Shown one piece after another: positions 57,454 to 64,000 of a stretch of 64,000 nt of DNA. Each line of letters opens with the position of its first letter. Within the stretch, counting starts at the first letter, position 1. This stretch comes from the human T2T-CHM13v2.0 reference genome, Homo sapiens. Location of the stretch: assembly GCF_009914755.1 (NCBI RefSeq), contig NC_060925.1; one strand, written 5' to 3'. A program made the translations under genes and the position numbers. Under the pieces are notes generated by a model. The model saw nothing but the letters and a program-made list of their open reading frames with translations, made no database searches and was not told the origin of the DNA.

Positions 57454-60400
57454 ACGAGCTCAGTGAATTGTCCAGGTGACACACTGATGAGGGAGTAACA
57501 GGACACTCTGAGTTAGTGCCCTCAGGACACACAGCATACAGGGATCATGAAAAGACTGTGCTCAATAATTTTCCATAAAATGTGCTCAAGTTTCCATGCA
57601 GTCGCCATGAGAATACAGTTTTTGAAGTCTGGTCCACCTACAGTAGGTTAGTAAATGATAAGGGGAGGAAGAAATGGAAACCTAAATATCTACTGCAATG
57701 AAAACCAACAGCAATGTTAGTAGGAATAATTCAGGCTTGGTTGAAAAGATGTAATCGATAATGTCAGCCCGCACTGTTTTCCCTGAACCAGGAGTCTCCA
57801 GATGTCAACACAGAAGTAGCTGTTCACAATTGCTCAGTTACCTGGGGCATGGTGGGCCTTGGTCTTCTTCCTCTTCTTGGTCCTTTTTAATTCCTGCAAT
57901 ACATTCAGACAGGGACAGACAAAATAAGCCAATTCACCTACACCCATAACAGTCCACTGTCTAATCCCCACACAGGGATCTCAGGCTCCTCAGCATGAGA
58001 ACAGGACAATGTGAGAGATATACTTCAGGAGGCCTGAAAGCTGCTCATGATATTCTTTGGTTTACATCTCAGAACCAAGGGTGAAATATCCCCATTCTGG
58101 TACATCGTTATCCCAAAATCATTTATCCCAAGTTTGTGCAAACAGTTATGCTTTATTGTTCCCATCAGTTCAAAGAAAATGCCCCAGATGATTTCCAGGA
58201 GGAAAACTAAAGTATTCAGCCCTGTCTCATCAAATGCCCAGCTCGTTCATGGATGCAAGAATTTTAGACACTGAAATTAGAATGAAGGAGGAAATCTACA
58301 AACCCTTCAGTCCAAATCATACTTCTGTGAATTTTTTACATCTGCCTGGGTCCAATGTGCTGAGAGCGGGCTCAGGTTGCCACAGGCATGGCTGGAGACT
58401 AGGAATAGAGCCTTGCTCACTGACCCATTTCATGTCTAGGCTTCCAACTGAGACTACAGTTTCATTACAACCTATATGCGCCCATAGGTCCTGCCTGCGG
58501 CAATGACGTCTCTCGGGTCAGTAAGGGGCACTTGGAACAGGAATATCACCCCTATCTGGAAGACCAGGTGGAGGCTTATCACCTTCACAGTAAGGTACTC
58601 ACTGTCCACGTCAAGAGCCAAGCCAAGGTACTGTTCCTCCAATGAGTAAACAGCACTGCTGTAGGGCTGGCCTAAGTCAGGCAGTTCAAGATAACCTGAA
58701 GGAGTCGAATAACATCTATCCAGTGAGTCCTGCAAGACTTCAGGCTCTTTCTCATCCAGCAGCTCCCTGCTGAGCCTGGAAAAGTAGGAAAAAGTAAAGA
58801 ATAAGTCAGGGGGAATCAGAAACCACACAGCCCCAGCTAGATTTCATGGCTAACATAAGGAACTGTTTAAAAAGAAAAAGGACAGATCCATTAATGAGGT
58901 AATGAATTATTGCCTTTATGTTGGGATAGACCAGGGCCAGGTAGAAAAGAATGAAAGAGAAAGACAGGGAGAGGGAGAGAGAGAGAGAGGAGAAAGTGAG
59001 CTCAGCGAATTGGCCGGGTGACACACTGATGAAGGGGTCAAAGGACACTCTGAGTTAGTGCCCTCGGGACACACAGCGAACAGTGATCATGAAAAGAGTG
59101 GGCTCAATAATTTTCCATAAACTTGCTCAAGATTCCATGCAGTTGCCATACAGCCTTTGACGTATGGTCAACCTATAGTAAGTGAGTAAATGATAAGGGG
59201 AGGAAGAAATGGAAACCTAAACATCTACTGCAATGAAAACCAACAGCAATGTCAGTAGGAGTAATTCAACCTTCGTTGAAAACATGAAATTGAACACACT
59301 CTTGTTTTCCCTGGACCTGGCATCTCCAGGTGTCAACACAGAATTAAGCATCCATAATTGCTCAAAGTTACCTGGGGCATGATGGGTCTTGGTCTTCTTC
59401 CACTTCTTGGTACTTTTCAATTTCTGCAATAAGTTCAGACATGGACAGACATATTAAGCTGGTTCTCCTACACACATAACAATCCACTGTCTAATCCTCA
59501 CACAGGGACTTCAGGCTCCTCAGCATGAGAATAGGACACTGTGAGAGATAGTCTTCAGGAGGCCTGAAGGCTGATCACCATAGAGATTCCTTGGTTTTTG
59601 TCCCAGAAACTGTGGGTAAAATTCCCTATTCTGGTAGATCGTTATCCCAATATCATTTGTCCCAAGTTTGTGCAAATGGTTATGCCATATTTTTCCAATC
59701 GATTTAAAGCAAATGCCCCCAAATGGCTGCTAGGAGAAAAACTGCACTATTCAGCCCTGTCTCATCAAATACTCAGATTGTTCATGGTAGTGAGGATTTT
59801 AGACGCTGAAATTAGAGTGAAGGATGAAATCTCCAAGATCTACAAAATTGAGACAAAATCAGAGTTGTGTGAATTTGTCACATCTGCCCAGATCCAACAT
59901 CTTGAGAGTAGGATTAGGGCGCCACGGGCATGGCCTGAGACTAGGAAGAGAGCCTTGCTCACTGACCCATCCCTTGTCTGGGCTTCCAAGTGGAACTAGA
60001 GTTTCACTCAACCTACATGTGCCTATAGTTCCTCCCTGTGGCAATGACATCTCTCAGCTCAGTAAGGGCCACTTGCAGTAGGAATATGACCCTAACCAGA
60101 AGACTCAGTGGATCCTTATCACCTTCATAGAAAGGTACTCACCATCCATGTCAACAGCCAAGCCAACATGCTGTTGCTCCAATACATAAAAGGCACTTCT
60201 GTAGGGCTGGCATGAGTCAGTCAGTTCAAGACAACCTGAAGGAGTTGAATAACATCTATCCAGTGAGTCCTGCAAGACTTCAGGCCCTTTCTCATCCAGC
60301 AGCTCCCTGCTGAGCCTGGAAAAGTGGGAAAAAGTAAAGAATAAGCCAGGGGGAATCAGAAACCACACAGCCCCAGCTAGATTTCATGGCTAACGTAAGG

Positions 60401-62109
60401 AAGAGTTTGAAAAGAAAAAGGACAGATCCATTAATGAGGTAACAAATTATTGCCTTTATGTTGGGACAGAACAGGGCCAGGTAGAAAACAATGAAAGAGA
60501 AAGACAGACAGAGACAGAGACAGAGACAGAGAGAAAGTGACCTAGTGAATTGGCCAGGTGACATACTGGTAAGGGAGTCAAAGGACACTCTGAGTTAGTG
60601 CCCTCATGACACACAGCAAACTGTGATCATGAAAAGAGTGAGCTCAATAGTTTTCCATAAAATACGCTCAAAATTCGATGCAGTGGCCATGAGAGTACAG
60701 CTTTTGAAGTATGGTCAACCTATGGTACGTTAGGAAATGATAAGGGGAGGAAGAAATGGAAACCTAAACATCTACTGCAATGAAAACCAACAGCAATGAC
60801 AGTAGGAGTAATTCAGCCTTCGCTGAAAACATGTCATCAAACACACTCTGGTTTCCCTGAATCTGTTGCCTCCAGGTGTTAACACAGAATTAAGCATCCA
60901 CAATTGCTGAAAGTCACCTGGGGCATGGTGGGTTTTGATCTTCTTCCCCTTCTTTTCTTCCCCTTCTTCTTTCCTTCTTTGATCTTCTTCCCCTTCTTTT
61001 CTTCCCCTTCCCCTTCTTTTCAATTTCTGCAATAAATTCAGACATGGACAGACACATTAAGCTGATTCCCCTACACACATAACAATCCACTGTCTAATCC
61101 TCACACAGGGACCTCAGGCTCCTCAGCATAAGAATAGGACACTGTGAGAGATATATTTCAGGAGGCCTGAAGGCTGGTCATGATAGAAATTCCTCGGTTT
61201 TTCTCCCAGAAACTGTGGGTAAAATGTCCCTATTCTAGTAGATCGTTATCCCAATATCATTTGTCCCAAGTTTGTGCAAACAGTTACGCCATATTTTTCC
61301 AATCAACTTAAAGCAAATACCCTCAAATGATTTCTAGGAGAAAAACTGCAATATTTAGCCCTGTCTCATCAAATACTCAGATTGTTCATGGTTGTGAGGA
61401 CTTTAGACACTGAAATTAGAGTGAAAAAGGAAATCTACAAACCCTTGAGTCAAAATCATAGTTCTCTGAATTTGTCACATCTGCCCAGGTCCAATGTCAT
61501 GAGAATAGGATCAGGGCGCCACAGGTATGGCCTGAGACTAGGAAGAGAGTCTTGCTCACTGACCCATCCCTTGTCTGGGCTTCCAGGTAGAACTAGAGTT
61601 TCATTCAACCTACATGTGCCTATAGGTCCTCCCTGTGGCAATGACATCTCTCAGCTCAGTAATGGCCACTTGGAGCAGGAATATGATCTTTATATGGAAG
61701 ACTCAGTGGATCCTTATCACCTTCATAGAAAGGTACTCACCTCCCACGTCAAGAGAAAAGCCAACATGTTTTTCCTCCAATGCATAAAAGGAACTTCCAT
61801 AGGGCTGGCAGGAGTCAGGCTGTTCAAGACAACTGGAAGGAGTTGAATAACATCTATCCAGTGAGTCCTGCAAGACTTCAGGCTCTACTACCTCCAGCAG
61901 CTCCCTGCTGAGCCTGGAAAAGGAGGAAAAAGTAAAGAATAAGCCAGGGGAAATCAGACACAACAGAGCCCCAACTAGGTTTCATGGGTAGCATAGGGAA
62001 GTGGTTAAAAAACTAAAAGGATAGATCCATTAATGAGGTAACAAATTATTGCCTTCATGTTGGGACAGAACAGGGCCAAATGGAAAAGAATGAAAGAGAA
62101 AGACAGATA

Positions 62110-62167
<58 letters not shown>

Positions 62168-63488
62168 ACGAGCTCAGTGAATTGTCCAGGTGACACACTG
62201 ATGAGGGAGTAACAGGACACTCTGAGTTAGTGCCCTCAGGACACACAGCATACAGGGATCATGAAAAGACTGTGCTCAATAATTTTCCATAAAATGTGCT
62301 CAAGTTTCCATGCAGTCGCCATGAGAATACAGTTTTTGAAGTCTGGTCCACCTACAGTAGGTTAGTAAATGATAAGGGGAGGAAGAAATGGAAACCTAAA
62401 TATCTACTGCAATGAAAACCAACAGCAATGTTAGTAGGAATAATTCAGGCTTGGTTGAAAAGATGTAATCGATAATGTCAGCCCGCACTGTTTTCCCTGA
62501 ACCAGGAGTCTCCAGATGTCAACACAGAAGTAGCTGTTCACAATTGCTCAGTTACCTGGGGCATGGTGGGCCTTGGTCTTCTTCCTCTTCTTGGTCCTTT
62601 TTAATTCCTGCAATACATTCAGACAGGGACAGACAAAATAAGCCAATTCACCTACACCCATAACAGTCCACTGTCTAATCCCCACACAGGGATCTCAGGC
62701 TCCTCAGCATGAGAACAGGACAATGTGAGAGATATACTTCAGGAGGCCTGAAAGCTGGTCATGATATTCTTTGGTTTACATCTCAGAACCAAGGGTGAAA
62801 TATCCCCATTCTGGTACATCGTTATCCCAAAATCATTTATCCCAAGTTTGTGCAAACAGTTATGCTTTATTGTTCCCATCAGTTCAAAGAAAATGCCCCA
62901 GATGATTTCCAGGAGGAAAACTAAAGTATTCAGCCCTGTCTCATCAAATGCCCAGCTCGTTCATGGATGCAAGAATTTTAGACACTGAAATTAGAATGAA
63001 GGAGGAAATCTACAAACCTTCAGTCCAAATCATACTTCTGTGAATTTTTTACATCTGCCTGGGTCCAATGTGCTGAGAGCGGGCTCAGGTTGCCACAGGC
63101 ATGGCTGGAGACTAGGAATAGAGCCTTGCTCACTGACCCATTTCATGTCTAGGCTTCCAACTGAGACTACAGTTTCATTACAACCTATATGCGCCCATAG
63201 GTCCTGCCTGCGGCAATGACGTCTCTCGGGTCAGTAAGGGGCACTTGGAATAGGAATATCACCCCTATCTGGAAGACCAGGTGGAGGCTTATCACCTTCA
63301 CAGTAAGGTACTCACTGTCCACGTCAAGAGCCAAGCCAAGGTACTGTTCCTCCAATGAGTAAACAGCACTGCTGTAGGGCTGGCCTAAGTCAGGCAGTTC
63401 AAGATAACCTGAAGGAGTCGAATAACATCTATCCAGTGAGTCCTGCAAGACTTCAGGCTCTTTCTCATCCAGCAGCTCCCTGCTGAGC
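41202..63488 (-). CDS. NBPF10: 3' part of an NBPF gene encoding tandem Olduvai/DUF1220 domains (29 exons in the window; gene continues beyond 64000)
   Basis: Repeated [24 protein letters not shown] exons of 173 nt paired with 52- or 109-nt exons; all introns GT-AG; doublets of 225 or 282 nt keep frame; ends ...QMGVIFPQ*. Family is certain; the paralogue number rests only on recalled synteny with the Glu/Gly/His/Lys tRNA cluster. Confidence 0.9.
42887..43707 (-). CDS. NBPF10: Olduvai HLS2
   Basis: Exons 43656-43707 (52 nt) and 42887-43059 (173 nt, [12 protein letters not shown]). Confidence 0.92.
44427..45320 (-). CDS. NBPF10: Olduvai HLS1
   Basis: Exons 45212-45320 (109 nt) and 44427-44599 (173 nt, DEKGPEV...AVDMD). 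Confidence 0.92.
46035..46905 (-). CDS. NBPF10: Olduvai HLS3
   Basis: Exons 46854-46905 (52 nt) and 46035-46207 (173 nt, EVVEPEV...SLDVG). Confidence 0.92.
47615..48435 (-). CDS. NBPF10: Olduvai HLS2
   Basis: Exons 48384-48435 and 47615-47787. Confidence 0.92.
49157..49977 (-). CDS. NBPF10: Hybrid Olduvai domain (HLS2 5' part, HLS1 3' part)
   Basis: HLS2-type exon 49926-49977; large exon 49157-49329 starts DEKEPEV (HLS2) and ends [31 protein letters not shown] (HLS1). Confidence 0.9.
50697..51586 (-). CDS. NBPF10: Olduvai HLS1
   Basis: Exons 51478-51586 and 50697-50869. Confidence 0.92.
52301..53167 (-). CDS. NBPF10: Olduvai HLS3
   Basis: Exons 53116-53167 and 52301-52473. Confidence 0.92.
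53877..54697 (-). CDS. NBPF10: Olduvai HLS2
   Basis: Exons 54646-54697 and 53877-54049. Confidence 0.92.
55417..56306 (-). CDS. NBPF10: Olduvai HLS1
   Basis: Exons 56198-56306 and 55417-55589. Confidence 0.92.
57021..57893 (-). CDS. NBPF10: Olduvai HLS3
   Basis: Exons 57842-57893 and 57021-57193. Confidence 0.92.
58603..59423 (-). CDS. NBPF10: Olduvai HLS2
   Basis: Exons 59372-59423 and 58603-58775. Confidence 0.92.
60143..61026 (-). CDS. NBPF10: Olduvai HLS1
   Basis: Exons 60918-61026 and 60143-60315. Confidence 0.92.
61741..62607 (-). CDS. NBPF10: Olduvai HLS3
   Basis: Exons 62556-62607 and 61741-61913. Confidence 0.92.
63316..63488 (-). CDS. NBPF10: Olduvai HLS2 large exon (its small exon lies outside the window)
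   Basis: 173-nt exon with AG/GT boundaries. Confidence 0.92.
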
Positions 63489-64000
63489 CTGGAAAAGTAG
63501 GAAAAAGTAAAGAATAAGTCAGGGGGAATCAGAAACCACACAGCCCCAGCTAGATTTCATGGCTAACATAAGGAACTGTTTAAAAAGAAAAAGGACAGAT
63601 CCATTAATGAGGTAATGAATTATTGCCTTTATGTTGGGATAGACCAGGGCCAGGTAGAAAAGAATGAAAGAGAAAGACAGGGAGAGGGAGAGAGAGAGAG
63701 AGGAGAAAGTGAGCTCAGCGAATTGGCCGGGTGACACACTGATGAAGGGGTCAAAGGACACTCTGAGTTAGTGCCCTCGGGACACACAGCGAACAGTGAT
63801 CATGAAAAGAGTGGGCTCAATAATTTTCCATAAACTTGCTCAAGATTCCATGCAGTTGCCATACAGCCTTTGACGTATGGTCAACCTATAGTAAGTGAGT
63901 AAATGATAAGGGGAGGAAGAAATGGAAACCTAAACATCTACTGCAATGAAAACCAACAGCAATGTCAGTAGGAGTAATTCAACCTTCGTTGAAAACATGA

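Larger units (their letters stand above)
41060..64000 (-). repeat. Higher-order tandem repeat: ~1.55-kb monomers in a ~4.72-kb triplet
   Basis: Equivalent HLS3 donors at 52301, 57021, 61741 (period 4720); HLS2 donors at 53877, 58603, 63316; copies nearly identical. Confidence 0.97.

Noticed and set aside
41918-61032. Repeated ORFs [10 protein letters not shown]... and [10 protein letters not shown]...
   Set aside because: Wrong-frame readings of the small NBPF exons running into introns.
43882-61846. Recurring 133-aa and 154-aa plus-strand ORFs
   Set aside because: They recur only because the DNA repeat is recent and near-identical; antisense to NBPF introns with non-ATG starts and no coding signal.
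41060-64000. Array as a CRISPR-like or otherwise new repeat system
   Set aside because: Units are kilobase exon-intron doublets of the known Olduvai family with no unique spacers.

Overview
Primate (very likely human 1q21) genomic DNA in three zones. (1) 1-29 kb: extremely Alu-dense (about 40 Alus in the first 37 kb by eye), with old L1, MIR and LTR remnants. It holds four intact, same-strand tRNA genes (Glu-CTC, Gly-TCC, His-GTG, Lys-CTT) and two TSD-bounded ERV1 solo LTRs. (2) 24-39 kb, overlapping the end of zone 1: the U1/tRNA duplicon typical of 1q21. It has a tRNA-Asn-derived gene with an enlarged anticodon loop, a full-length 164-nt variant U1 snRNA gene with PSE, DSE and 3' box, an orphan L1PA 5'UTR, and a tRNA-Gln pseudogene. 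(3) 39.6-64 kb: the 3' end of a minus-strand NBPF gene (probably NBPF10, from recalled synteny only). It shows a 3'UTR, a terminal CON3 exon and 14 HLS-type Olduvai (DUF1220) units in a ~4.72-kb HLS1-HLS2-HLS3 higher-order repeat; 29 exons were mapped by splice sites. Most ORFs in the supplied track are Alu, microsatellite or intron artefacts. I found no clearly new biological system. The best leads are two register breaks in the Olduvai array with crossovers mapped to <20 bp, a latent CON3-like hydrophobic tail after every HLS2 exon, an unevenly damaged vU1, a 9-nt-loop tRNA, an L1 ORF0 remnant at a templated-inversion junction, and an LTR inserted at an Alu B box.
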